35,924 nucleotides of DNA, from NCBI RefSeq assembly GCF_001194135.2, contig NC_068999.1, positions 53,440,761 to 53,476,684 on the forward strand, written 5' to 3'. A program made the translations under genes and the position numbers. Shown piece after piece: positions 23,600 to 35,918 of the stretch. Position 1 is the stretch's first letter; every line of letters starts with the position of its first letter. A model generated the notes under the pieces. It saw only the letters and a list, made by a program, of their open reading frames with translations, did not search any database and had not been told where the DNA came from. The stretch comes from Octopus bimaculoides. Lineage: Eukaryota.

Positions 23600-23995
23600 T
23601 AATGAAATGACCAAGCGGTTAGCAATTCATATCCTATCGTTGGCAATATATGGTGATTTTGGCCAAAGCACAGAGCCATCAATGACCAGTTTGATTTCTT
23701 TTAAGTAGTAGCCACAGGGCAGTATGATTTATCAATGTAAGCAATGTCGACAGCATTGTACGATGGATGAGTGTTTGTTTCACTTGCACTGTTGGGCTCC
23801 TGCCAGCCAAGTCATGGGGACTGACCCATGAGAAGGTGAACTATCGGCATCCTTCCAAAGCTCTGGTCAGTACTCTAGAGGGTAGAGGTGCTGCAAACTG
23901 GTGATGAAATTAGAATGCTCAGGATAGAGAGGGATGTGGTGCACATTTGTTATTGCATCCAAGTGAAAGTTGTAGTTTATGATGATGATGATGAT
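23600..23995 (+). mobile_element. Highly decayed RTE-like LINE C-terminal fragment
   Basis: One frame reads ...CQPSHGD*PMRR*...DEIRMLRIERDVV, resembling the RTE ORF C-terminus (WxPxHGxRxRGR...DRxxW), followed by (GAT)n at ~23980-23995. Confidence 0.4.
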
Positions 23996-24044
23996 GCTGT
24001 GTTCATCTGGATAGGAAAAGGTTACCCAAATAGAACAGTGGAAT

Positions 24045-24406
24045 CTTTTTTTATTTTTTGCTTATTTCAGTTATTGGACTGTGGCCATGTTGGAGCACCA
24101 CCTTGAAGGGCTTTATCCAAACAAATTAATCCTAGTACTTATTTTTTAAGTCTGTAACTTACTCTATCGATATCTTTTGCCAATCAGCTAAGTTACAGAG
24201 ATGTAAACAAACTAACACTGGTTCTCAGGTGACGGTGGTTGGGGAGACAAACACAGACATAAAAATTCCAGCAGGCTTCCACACAGTTTCCATCTACCAA
24301 AATCACAAGGTACTGATTGACTCAGATCTATAGTATAAGACATGTGCCCAGGGTGCCTTGCAGTGAGACTGAACCTGAAACTATGTGATTACAAAGCAAG
24401 CTTCTT
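24045..24406 (-). mobile_element. SINE family A, near full length
   Basis: cttatttcagttattggactgtggccatgttggagcaccaccttgaa...gctaagttac...cagtttccatctaccaaa...gagactgaacctgaaac. Confidence 0.83.
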
Positions 24407-24615
24407 AGAAACCTGAGGTTGTTGTTGTCTGCATAGATATAGAAACGGATTATCTTGCAGTACTTTATTTGAGAATATTTCATGTTGTTGCTACTGTTGT
24501 TGCCGATAAAATCTATAAGCTGCACTCGTGTTTGTTTTTGTATTATGCAAACAAAAGCAATATGTCACACTCGACTGAGGAAATTAAATCTAAGTTGTGA
24601 ATCTTGTTCAATGAA

Positions 24616-24618
<3 letters not shown>

Positions 24619-24676
<58 letters not shown>

Positions 24677-24720
24677 ATTGATGTGTGTTTATATTTGTGT
24701 GTGTGTGTGTGTGTGTATGT
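24619..24720. repeat. (GT)n microsatellite
   Basis: Direct reading. Confidence 0.95.
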
Positions 24721-25053
24721 TGATGCATGTGTATACTAATGTGCAAGTGTGGATTGCTGTTTTGTGTACATTTGTTCCTGTATGTTTATATGTATGTGTG
24801 AATCTGAATGTGTGTGTGATGTAGATAAAAATTTGATAAGTTGTTGTTGAAGTGAGCATAACTGTCATGGATAGACAGCTAATCTCTATAGTGTTTAGTC
24901 ATGATTTGAGCTCAGTTCCCACCAAGGTCAGCAAAATAAATACCAAACCAGTGTATTTAGGGATCAAATATATTGACTATTCTGCTCCCAACTTGAATTT
25001 CATAGCCTTCTACCTATCTTGGAAATCATAATTATTGTTAGTGGTAGAGTAGC

Positions 25054-25177
25054 AAAAATGGGACAGCAAAATTTAGTTCAACAGAGTTCGCAAAATGGGA
25101 CAACAAAATTTAGTTCAGTGAAGTTCACAAAATGGAACAGCAAAATTTATTTCAGTAGAATTCACAAAATGGTGCAG
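25054..25177 (+). repeat. 37-bp tandem repeat, ~3.3 copies
   Basis: caaaatgg(g/a)aca(g/a)caaaattta(g/t)ttca...ttc(g/a) starts at ~25054, 25091, 25128 and 25165. Confidence 0.9.
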
Positions 25178-25377
25178 TCATTTGAATAACTCCACACATC
25201 TTATGATTGTTTTCCTGCTCAATCCCCACCACCTTGTTTTAAACAACATTTCATATCTAATGTCGTACATATACCCATACACACACACACTTGCAATCGC
25301 CCAACTCCACCACTGCCACACAGTCGTGTATTGTATAATAACAAAAGCAAATTCCAAGTAAAAATGTTGGTGACTGA

Positions 25378-25617
<240 letters not shown>

Positions 25618-25966
25618 TGAGTGATTGACAAGTTTCTCGTAGTTCAGTTTGGAAAGGAGTAGGTGGACAACTTCTTTCACTTGTGAGGTGTTTGTCTGTG
25701 TATGTGAGTGAGTGAGAGAGAGAGAGAGAGAGCACTATAGAGTGATGAGAAAAATCTCAATGAGACAAGTGTGTAATACAGGCTTGATTCCAGGTTGAAC
25801 CATTCCCATTCACTTCAATTTACATATTGTAGTCAGCAACTTCCAGTCGTAGGAACTGTAGTCTCCTGAGGGATGCACTCTGTTACACTAACTTACACAA
25901 AGACAAGCCAACTGTGTGTGTCTGATTTATATTTATAAATATGTATGAATGGACATACTCATATAT

Positions 25967-26113
25967 CATCATCATCATCATCGTTTAACGTCCGCTTTCC
26001 ATGCTAGCATGGGTTGGACGATTTGACTGAGGACTGGTGAAACCGGATGGCAACACCAGGCTCCAATCTAAATTTGGCAGAGTTTCTACAGCTGGATGCC
26101 CTTCCTAACGCCA
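25967..26113 (-). mobile_element. Well-preserved RTE-like LINE 3' tail in a (TA)n context
   Basis: (cat)n cgtttaacgtccgctttccatgctagcatgggttggacg...gtttctacagctggatgcccttcctaacgcc. CpGs retained; catatat on both sides. Confidence 0.85.
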
Positions 26114-26121
26114 TATATATA

Positions 26122-26157
<36 letters not shown>

Positions 26158-26496
26158 GTGGGTTCCAGTAGAATGAAGGTATTTTAATAAGGACACCAAG
26201 CTAGGGTCAAAAACAACATTCATGTATCAACAGTATTGATGGACACTGAGGTATATACTAATGTATATAAAGATTTATCTTCTCACTTACAAAGACGTTC
26301 GCATGAACTGATCATCACAGTGAAATTTGAATTTCAATTTACCGAGCGAAAATGAGTCCTTTCTTGCTGTAATTGATTTATTTATAAATAAAAAAAAAAC
26401 TCATCTGAAACAGCTGTAGTGAACCTCAGCCCCTTTGTCTGTGTGTGGTGGTGGTGGTGGGGGGGGTTTACAGCTGTGTAAAGAAGTGCTGATCTC

Positions 26497-26884
26497 TGTG
26501 GAAGAGGTTGTCCGAAGAAGACATGGGCTGATGTGGTAAAGCATGGTCTTCGGATACTGAGACTCATAAAAGTGATGACAAGTGCTCAAGACCTTTGGCA
26601 ATTTGCTGTGCTTGAGAAGATGCATCAAGCCAAGTGAAATTGTAGTCATGGCCAATGACAGTGACACAGGAAAGGCACCCGTGCCAGTGACATAGGAAAG
26701 GCACCCTCTACACTCTTGGAGTTGTTGGCATTAGGAAGGACATCTAGCTGTAGAAACCAAGCCAAATCAGACTGGAACCTGGTGCATCTCTCCAGCTTAC
26801 CAGTTCCAGTCAAACCATCTAACCGATGCCAGCATGGAAAAAACAAACACTAAAAGATAATGATGATGATGATGATGATGATGA
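26497..26884 (+). mobile_element. 5'-truncated RTE-like LINE: ORF C-terminus, 3' UTR and (GAT)n tail
   Basis: 26497-26637 reads CGRGCPKKTWADVVKHGLRILRLIKVMTSAQDLWQFAVLEKMHQAK*, matching the RTE C-terminal GRGRPxxTW..DRxxW pattern. 3' UTR ends ccagcatggaaaa...(gat)n. Confidence 0.85.
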
Positions 26885-27250
26885 TAATTTAATCAGTAAA
26901 AAGTTACAAAGTGACTCAAAGACTAAGAGTGTCCTACATCAAGTGATAAGTGCTAATGCACAAAACATCCAGCCCTTAGTCACTTTGTAACTTCTGCTGA
27001 TTAAACAAAAATAGATATATATACTCATGCTTTGAGTTCTGTTTATCTGTTTGTATTAGCAAACCTATATATAGATGTGTAAATGTGTGTGTGAATGTAC
27101 ATGATCAAATGCACAAATCATTTTTAGTTTGTAATTGTTTTTATTTACATTTGATTTTTTTTTCTTTTTATCTGTTTCAGAATTTTTTGTGCTTTTATCT
27201 TTACTAATTTTCTGTTACTAATAATTGCATTATTTCTTTCACCGTTTTAT

Positions 27251-27780
27251 ATTCTGAGTTCAAGCTCCACTGGAGTCAACTCCTCATGCTCTCAGGGGCC
27301 AATAAAATAACTAATCAAGTAGTGACATTGGTTGTAGTAACTTAGCCTCTCCCCTCAAAATTGCTGGCCTTGTGCTTAAATTGTTATTATAAGGTGAGCT
27401 GGCAGAATTGTTAGCATGCCAGGCAAAATGCTTAGCGGCATTTCATCTGTCACAACATTCTGAGTTCAAATTCTGTCATGGTCAACTTTTCCTTTCATCT
27501 TCTCAGGGTTGATAAAATAAGTACCAGTTGAGCACTGGGGGCAAACTAATCAACTTGCTCCTCCTCCAAAATTTCAGGCCTTGTGCCTAGAGTAGAAAGG
27601 GCTATTATTAAGGCAACGAGCTGGCAGAATTGTTAGCCTGTCAGACAAAATGCTGCGCAGCATTTTTCCCAGCTTTATGTCCTTACTTCAAATGCCATCG
27701 CAGTCAATTTCTACTTTTCGTCCTTTTCATATTGATAAAATAAGTACCAGTTGCACACTGGGGTCAATGTAATCAACTCC
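27251..27780 (+). mobile_element. Three head-to-tail SINE family D copies (partial, full 27391-27609, 3'-truncated from 27610)
   Basis: Repeated gagctggcagaattgttagc, ttctgagttcaa, gataaaataagtaccagttg, ggccttgtgc. Units are joined by ttatta linkers. Confidence 0.85.
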
Positions 27781-28694
27781 CTCTTTTTTTTTTTGTTGAT
27801 TGATAGAGATTAAAGAACAAAACTACTTCTAACACACCATATGTGAATTAGCCAACTTCAAAAGCCAGGTCTATTTACTTAACACAAGGTACTGTATATT
27901 GCACAGAAATCTTGGATGTCTGAAAATTCTGTATTTCTGGAAGCTGGATAAGTGAACTGTAGCATTTATACAAATGTGCAGGTACTTGTGTTTCATTCAA
28001 TTATTGAAGTGAATTTAATATTTAATTTGGAGTGTATTGACCTGGGTGGCCACTCCTGGTTTGGAAAAACCATTAAGCTGGAAAGGCTTTGGAACCAAAG
28101 GTTTTGGAAAATCAATGTGGTACCTAGACTATATTTGGCTAACCATTCCATTGCCCTTTTAAGGCTTCTTGCTATGCACATTGCAAGACAAAGCCATGCT
28201 ATTGTATTATTTAGTGTCCCACAACACAAAATCAATAAATCCATTTAGACACATGTATGAAACTATAAATGAGACTTCCATCAATTAAAAAATCCATTTT
28301 TAACAAAAGCTCTTGAATAAGACAACTAATCATATTCTGCAATTTCTTTTAGACAAAGAATATGTGTGGGTGCATGTATTTTTGTTTGTTTTATGTCTGT
28401 TTCTCTTATCCCAGCATGGGTTGGAAGGAGACTCAAGGCAAAATTTTATGGCCAAATGCCCTTCCTGTCAAGAACTCTTACCAGTTCTTTAAATAGAATT
28501 CCACTGGCTTTTGAAAGCAAGTAGTCACAAGATGTGTTGTTTACAGGGAATGTAAACCTAACATCACTGTTTTGCTCAGATTGCATCATGCGAAAATGCG
28601 ACGTAGAAACACTTGCACATGCATGCACACACGAGTGAGTGGGGAGGTTGTTTACATGACACCTCTGTATGGAAGCCTGTCTCACACACACACA

Positions 28695-28835
28695 TGGCGG
28701 ACTTTCATAGACATTTTGTCAGCCAATCTACTTACAATGAATTGGTCAAGCCAATGCATGGCACATGCCCAAAGTGCCTTACGTTGCAATAGAACTCGAA
28801 ACCATGTGGTTACAAAGTGAACTCCGTAACCACAG
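28695..28835 (-). mobile_element. Degenerate SINE family A 5' half
   Basis: ttggtcaagcc...catgcccaaagtgcc...aactcgaaaccatgtggttacaaag...taaccacagtcatg. Confidence 0.6.
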
Positions 28836-28864
28836 TCATGCATCTGTATGTATATATATGTGTG

Positions 28865-28903
<39 letters not shown>

Positions 28904-29764
28904 TATGTACATGTGGGCATAATTTTTTAAGAGTGAAGCTTCACTCTGTCATTACTCTAAACTTACCATCTCTATTACATTCTGCAATCCGATTGATTAC
29001 CTTTAAGAATACAATAGAAACAAGGAACACAAAAGAGTAGCAGAAGCAGGAAGTTCCAACTTTGAATGAACAAATGTACTCCTGTAACATATACATTTCT
29101 GTATCTCATTTGTACACTCAGGCCATAGCCTGCACCATGAAGAGAGTTACATACACAGACAAAAGTTCCCTTAGTTTTTTGGGGTTTTTTCTTCTTCAAT
29201 ATCGGAAAACATTGTGCTTGCATTCTATTCTTATCAAACTTACTTTCAGAGAATTACAGTATTTCAACATTAACTTTTGATTATAATCTGCCTAAGACAA
29301 CCCCTAATTTTATGATACAAACTCCCTGTTTGAAGGGACCTAAATTAAACCCATCTTCAAAATATTGTGGTGGTTTATCTGTAAACCAACGTAATTACAA
29401 AAAGTTGTTTTACAAAATTCTTCATTACTTTCAAAATAAATTGAAACCAAGACACTGTAATTAAACAAATATGACAGTTAAAATGTTTAAATTAAGAGAC
29501 TTTAAAATCATTTGTTCAACTAAATCCAAACATACAAACACATACGATCATAGTAGTGTTGTTTCCTCATTGGAAGCTAAATCTTCAGATTAATTTACAT
29601 GCTACATTCCTGATTACAATATCTGTTAATTTTGGTCTCGACTTTCTATTAATCATAATTAAACCTCACATTCCTGTTTTTACCCCCATTGAGGTTCATG
29701 AAACTGTGAAGACAGGCAGTTGTATTATGTCAATCATGAGATAAGCACACGGACAAACAAACAA

Positions 29765-29811
<47 letters not shown>

Positions 29812-30736
29812 TCTATGGATTGTTATCAAAACTGATTGGTTTGTGAATAGTATTGAGTTGTGTGTGTCTGCATATTGTGTGTGTATATTGTATTACATAT
29901 GTGCATATAGAGTTGTGTGTCGAGAGCTATATATCTCTGTGTACATGTTTATTGAGCCTTGTGTCTGTTTTGAAAGGTGTATTGATCTGAGACTTTGTAT
30001 GTGTGCGTACTTGTACATATTATTGCAACACTTCTAACTGGGAAGTATGGCTGTGTGTGTGTGTGTGTGTCTGCCTGTGCAACATCTGCCCCCATTTTAC
30101 CTCACCTTCTGTGCTACATTCTGTTTCACAGATCCTACTGAAGAGAAATCACCATTGTTGCTACCACAACAGATTGGTGGTTTTGTGGTTGTTGGTGAAG
30201 GGAGCACATGAGAACACTTTGTGTGACATTCTGAGTTCAAATCTCACCAAGGTTGACTTTGTTTTTTCCTTCTTCTTGAGTCAGTTAAATAAGTTACATC
30301 AATCACCTGGGAGCAGGAGGATCTTATTAAATTCATCTTCCCTGTTAGAAATAATTAATGGTTATTGCAGTAAAATCTCACATCATCCCGCACTGGTCGT
30401 AAATTTGTAGGGTAGGATCATAGTTGTTTGATCTGAATCCAAGTATATGCCTGGTATCCATTTTCTTGTCCCCTGGAAGGCTTAAAGATATAGTTCACTC
30501 TTGAAAGAAAATAGATGCTTTTGTCAGGTACCCCCCCAGCAACATTTGATATCTTGATCCAAGACACACTGCAACAATATAAAGCCATTGCAGATTATGT
30601 CTACTCACTTCATGGTTTGTCGCTGGTTCTTAACCTGAAAAGCAGTGAATCCCTTGCAATATTTCTTGTGACCCTCTTTGCTCTGAATTCAAATCCCATC
30701 AAGGTCAACTTTGATTTCCACCCTTTTCAGGTTATG

Positions 30737-30842
30737 TTTTATCTTTTACTTGTTTCAGTCATTAGACTGTGGCCCTTTGCTGGACTGCTAAGTTACAGGG
30801 ACATAAACACACCAACAACAGTTTTCAAGCAGTGGTGGGAGA

Positions 30843-30884
<42 letters not shown>

Positions 30885-31027
30885 TGATAGACTTCTTTCA
30901 GTATCAGTCTTCCAAATCCACTCACAAGACTTTGGTCAGCCCAAGTTTGTAGTAGAAGACACTTGACTGAATCCGTAGCCATATGGTTGGGAAGCAAACT
31001 TCTTGCCACACAACCATGTCTCTGCCT
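30737..31027 (-). mobile_element. SINE family A with internal deletions
   Basis: ttttacttgtttcagtcattagactgtggcc...gctaagttac...cttctttcag...caaatccactcacaag...atggttgggaagcaaacttcttgccacac. Confidence 0.82.
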
Positions 31028-31610
31028 ATAAATATATTTTCTTAAAAAAGAAATTTTTTAAAAAACTTTAATAGGGATCAGAATATAAGACTGTGTTATC
31101 TGAGTGCCATGTTTCTGTATAATTTCATTATATAAGTTTGTGCATTCTTTACTGATTTCTATAAAACTTTAACATAGGAGGCACAGGCAAATATGTAAAG
31201 TGAGGTACATGTTAGATTAGATTGTATAAGAAATTGTGGATAGTGGACGACTGTGTAAAAGTTAGCTTTTACTTGAGTAAAATAATTAGCTTGTGAGTAA
31301 GGCATTTCTAATACGCCATTCTTTGAAAGGGTTGCAGAATTCTACAAACATTGAGAGTCATGCATTTGGCATCGTGCTGTTTTCTTTTGTGATTTAATAT
31401 CACTAAACCGTCTCCATGGTACAATATGACTCTGTGTGTTGGGAGGTCTCCTTTTTGTATTTTTTCCATCTGTTCCACACCTGTTGATACTTCTTGTTTT
31501 TGGTTGTTTTTTTTTCCATTTGATTGTGTTAGTCTGTCTGCCTGCCTGCCTATCTGGTCATTTGTCAATTTGTGTCATTGTCCTCACAACTGTCTGCTCG
31601 TGCTTCACAA

Positions 31611-31613
<3 letters not shown>

Positions 31614-31696
<83 letters not shown>
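31614..31696. repeat. (AC)n microsatellite
   Basis: Direct reading; explains the HTHTHT ORFs. Confidence 0.98.
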
Positions 31697-31703
<7 letters not shown>

Positions 31704-32369
31704 CACACTATATACATACATTATATGTATATATGTATGTATGCATGCATATGCATGTTCCCTCGTACATCAAGGTGTATCAAGTGCAAACGATGCTGTA
31801 GTATCACCAATCAATAGTGTAGTTTCAGTGTGTGCTGCACACCTGCCTGTTGTGTCGGTGTGCCCCAGCTGTTGTCAGTAAACTACTACTATGGTAGCCA
31901 GGTGAGAGTGGAGGGGGGAGGGAGAGCATCAAGGTAATTCCTTGCCACCCTCCCTCTCCCTTTCACTCTCCATTATAGACAAGATTTTAAGCCTCACTCA
32001 TGACGGCAGTGATGATGGTGATGCTGTACCAGTGGAATCAATACATGGTGGTTGTGCTGCTGCTGCTGTTGCTGCTGCTGCTGTTGCTGGCAGTGTGTGC
32101 GTGACAGGTATTACCTGGTTTATGGGGGAGGCTGATGGTAGTGTTGGCTGGCGTCTAGTAGTGGTAGTGTTTTTAATTGTACTGAGGGAGCATAAATGCA
32201 ATAATATGGTGGTGCATATAATGTATATATTGCACGTATATATTCTGTGTGTGTGTGTGTGTGTTTTAAAATAAGGTTGTTGTTTTAAAGCATGTTTAAT
32301 AACAGAACAATTACCGATGGCCAGACTGTAAATCAAGGATAGTCTAATTTATTGCAAAGATCAAGCTGG

Positions 32370-32409
<40 letters not shown>

Positions 32410-32639
32410 AAGAGGCACACACACACGAGAAATAGATAGCTAAATGATGCCATGGTGATGTCACCAGATGGTAAGAGTGTCGGTGAGGGCGGGGTAGGTA
32501 TTACGGTGGTGGCAGTGTTATTGGGGCTGATGTCTCGTAGTGGGAGTGTTTTTAAGTGTACTAAGAATGCATAAATGCAATAAAAATGTGAGAGGGAGAG
32601 AGAGAGAGAGAAAGAGAGAAACTAGGTGTAAGAGGAATC

Positions 32640-32830
32640 GTTTGTAGTGTGCAGGAGTGACAGATGTGCTTGTATGGACATGTAATGCATAGCGATGACG
32701 ACAAATGGACAGAGAAGTGCCAGGGGATTCGCCTGGAAGAATCCAGTGGAAAGAAGGCTGAGGAAGACCTGAGGTAGGGACGGAAGGAGTGAAGGTCGTC
32801 GATCTCAGGAAACCGAATCTCACGAAAGCA
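32640..32830 (+). mobile_element. Decayed RTE-like LINE RT C-terminal fragment
   Basis: From 32673 reads YGHVMHSDDDKWTEKCQGIRLE, then after a frameshift RRLRKT*, resembling the RTE pattern WYGHVMR...GRGRPRKTW. Confidence 0.7.
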
Positions 32831-33054
32831 AAAAAATAAATGCACCTAGTTTGTGGGATGCTGTACTGGAGAGGACTCTTTCAACTTATGCAAGCACAGA
32901 AAAACTGGGCATAGAAATAACTGTGTGTGTGTGGGATGCATGTATTTACTCTCTGTTTGCTAGTTTTAGAATTGGACCACTTTCTCCCTGCATGTAAAGG
33001 ATGGTGACAGTGTTGATGGTGATGATTGTGATTGTGATGGTGTAATAGTGGAAT

Positions 33055-33258
33055 ACCCTGGTTTAGTGACCTGGGTACTTGGCTCATGATTGTACATCCG
33101 GGAGTTTGATTTCAGGCAGCACATTGTATCCTTGAGCAAGACACTCTATTTCTTGTTGCTCCATTGCACTCTGCTGGTAAAAAGGAGCTGTACCTGTAAT
33201 TTAAAGGAATAGCCTTTTTCACACACTGTCACACTGAATCTCTCTGAGAACTATGTTA
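33055..33258 (+). mobile_element. SINE family B, 3'-truncated
   Basis: ttgtatccttgagcaagacactctatttcttgttgctcc...gctgtacctgtaatttaaagg...ctgaatctctctgagaactatgttaag. The 3' body matches family C. Confidence 0.72.
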
Positions 33259-33367
33259 AGTACTTATTCTATCGGTCTCTTTTGCCGAACCGCTAAGTTA
33301 CGGGGACGTAAACACACCAGCATTGGTTGTCAAGCGATGTTAGGGGGACAAACATAGACACACAAAC

Positions 33368-33412
<45 letters not shown>

Positions 33413-33611
33413 GAAACCCATCGTATATATATATATATATATACGATGGGCTTCTTTCAGTTTCCATCTACCAAATCCACTCACAAGGCTTTGGACAGCC
33501 CGAGGCTATAGTAGAAGACACTTGCCCAAGGTGCCACGCAGTGGGACTGAACCCAGAACCATGTGGTTGGTAAGCAAGCTACTTACCACACAGCCACTCC
33601 ACTCCTGCGCC
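33259..33611 (-). mobile_element. Best-preserved SINE family A copy (3' tail missing)
   Basis: Minus-strand head ggcgcaggagtggagtggctgtgtggtaagtagc...gggttcagtccc (A and B boxes). CpG-rich body. Confidence 0.92.
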
Positions 33612-33612
33612 T

Positions 33613-33996
33613 ATTATTTATTCACATTGTTTTGAATTAATCATGCATTTATCTTGTAGCTTTGAAATTTTGTTGATGTGATTGTTTATTTTTAGAAATG
33701 ACATTGTTGGGTAGGTGTGAGAGGTCACATTTGGCAGGTGTGAATGCAAAACAGGTAGAATATTTAGACAATATGGCTGGTTTAAACCAACCATATCTGA
33801 CCTGCCCAAATATTTTCTCAGTTTTATGTTCAAACTGGCCAGATCTGGCCTTTCTCACCTACCCTACAATGTCATTCTTAAAGTAAACAATCTTATCATT
33901 GAAATCTTGGAAAACTACAAGATAATGCATGATCAATTCAAAGCAATGTGAATAAATAAGGGCTAGGGTTGACAGAATAATCTGAATGCTAAGGGG
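33613..33996. mobile_element. Palindromic (fold-back) dimer of the piggyBac-like MITE
   Basis: Forward arm 33613-33783 and inverted arm 33784-33996, centred on atatggctggtttaaaccaaccatat. Right end ctgaatgctaagggg. Confidence 0.85.
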
Positions 33997-34480
33997 TGAA
34001 AGGATTAATCGCTCATTCATGACGATCCATGGTTGAGCAGTTAAGAATCTCTGAATTACAAAGGAGTATGTCTGGTTGGTATGTTTATAATGGTTTGATA
34101 TTTTGTCACTTTACACAAACCTGATTGACTGTTTTCAGTCTGTGCCATATTTCACCCACCTTTACAGTTACCGGCCAACCATGACCTAAACAGGTTCCAG
34201 CAGGCAGACAGGTATTTTTCAATGGTTTACCAAATGGCATTGTTGTCTGTAATTTAAATACTGACATGTATTACTTTACCAGAGACTAGCTTCACATGGT
34301 CTTATAATTTTGTGTGAAATTGTAATTTTATCTGTTTTCTTCATTGTGAGCTTTACTAATGACTGCTCTTGCGTATAAGAAGTTTCTCTAATATATGTAT
34401 GTATGGGGTGGAGATGACACTTGTGTGTGCACACATACCTGTATGCTTTGTACAGAAAATATTTCCACCAAACAACCACA

Positions 34481-34551
34481 GGCACAGGAGTAACTGTGTG
34501 GTAAGAAGCTTGTTTCTCAACCACATGGTTCCAGGTTCAGTTCCATGCATG
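34481..34551 (+). mobile_element. SINE family A head fragment
   Basis: ggcacaggagtaactgtgtggtaagaagcttg...ccacatggttccaggttcagttcc. Confidence 0.8.
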
Positions 34552-34760
34552 CAAGTACAACAGAAACAGGAAGAAAGAGTGAGAGAAAGTTGTGGTGGAA
34601 GAGAAGAGTACAGCAGTGTTCATCACCATCCCCTGCCGGAGCCTCGTGGAGCTTTAGGTGTTTTCGTTCAATAAACACTCACAACGCCCGGTCTGGGAAT
34701 CAAAACCGCGATCCTATGACCGTGAGTCCACTACCCTAACCACTCGGCCATTGCACCTCC
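34552..34760 (-). mobile_element. SINE family C, 5' half
   Basis: Colinear with 16030-16238 (caacagaaacaggaag...aataaacactcacaacg...cctaaccactcggccattgcacctccac). Confidence 0.88.
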
Positions 34761-34908
34761 ACCCCACCAATATATATATATAAATATACAGGAGAGGTTC
34801 TAGATGTGTGTATGCATATGTATGTGTGTGTATGCATATGTATGTATGTGTGTGTGTGTGTGTGCATATAAATATGTGTGTGGGCATCCAGCTGTAGAAA
34901 CTCTGCCA

Positions 34909-35430
34909 NNNNNNNNNNNNNNNNNNNNNNNNNNNNNNNNNNNNNNNNNNNNNNNNNNNNNNNNNNNNNNNNNNNNNNNNNNNNNNNNNNNNNNNNNNNN
35001 NNNNNNNNNNNNNNNNNNNNNNNNNNNNNNNNNNNNNNNNNNNNNNNNNNNNNNNNNNNNNNNNNNNNNNNNNNNNNNNNNNNNNNNNNNNNNNNNNNNN
35101 NNNNNNNNNNNNNNNNNNNNNNNNNNNNNNNNNNNNNNNNNNNNNNNNNNNNNNNNNNNNNNNNNNNNNNNNNNNNNNNNNNNNNNNNNNNNNNNNNNNN
35201 NNNNNNNNNNNNNNNNNNNNNNNNNNNNNNNNNNNNNNNNNNNNNNNNNNNNNNNNNNNNNNNNNNNNNNNNNNNNNNNNNNNNNNNNNNNNNNNNNNNN
35301 NNNNNNNNNNNNNNNNNNNNNNNNNNNNNNNNNNNNNNNNNNNNNNNNNNNNNNNNNNNNNNNNNNNNNNNNNNNNNNNNNNNNNNNNNNNNNNNNNNNN
35401 NNNNNNNNNNNNNNNNNNNNNNNNNNNNNN
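34909..35430. other. Assembly gap (522 N)
   Basis: N-run preceded by the start of an RTE tail (gggcatccagctgtagaaactctgcca) and followed by (CA)n. Confidence 1.
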
Positions 35431-35481
<51 letters not shown>

Positions 35482-35879
35482 ACGCACACACACACACATA
35501 TGCACAGACACCTTTTTTCCCACCCAGACACATGTTGATAACTGTTTTTTTCCATTCTGGCTAGAGCTAGAGATCCAAGATACAGCAGCACTGTAGTAGT
35601 GTTTGGTGTTCTTGTTGTTGCTGGAAGAGTTCAAGGTATGTTAATCTACTTTGTCACTCTAGGGGACCCTGTTTCTTCAGTGAAGCTTCCCAGAACAACA
35701 CACATATTTGACCATAGTTCTTTCTTCACAGTCTCTTCTTTCTTTTCACCCCCACATAGTCTCACTCTCTCTCTACTCCTGCTGTCACTCACTCTTCTCT
35801 CTTTTTTTTATGTCTCTTTCTTTCTCTTTTTAATTGGATTTTGTGATTTACAAACACAAATCCAAATATCTATATTGAC

Positions 35880-35918
<39 letters not shown>

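Noticed and set aside
27993-28244. Minus-strand ORF with MEWL...EWPPRS resembling the Tc1 WPPRSPDL motif
   Set aside because: Only five motif residues match, spacing is off, and no downstream LWG or catalytic Asp context is visible. A profile search would be needed.
29269-29500. Second piggyBac-like MITE family
   Set aside because: It resembles a repeat I recall from Octopus, but the TIRs are too decayed and there is no clear second copy in the window.
30300-30640. Minus-strand KWIPG...YKFTT resembling a Gypsy integrase C-terminus
   Set aside because: Short, stop-ridden and without LTR or other pol evidence.
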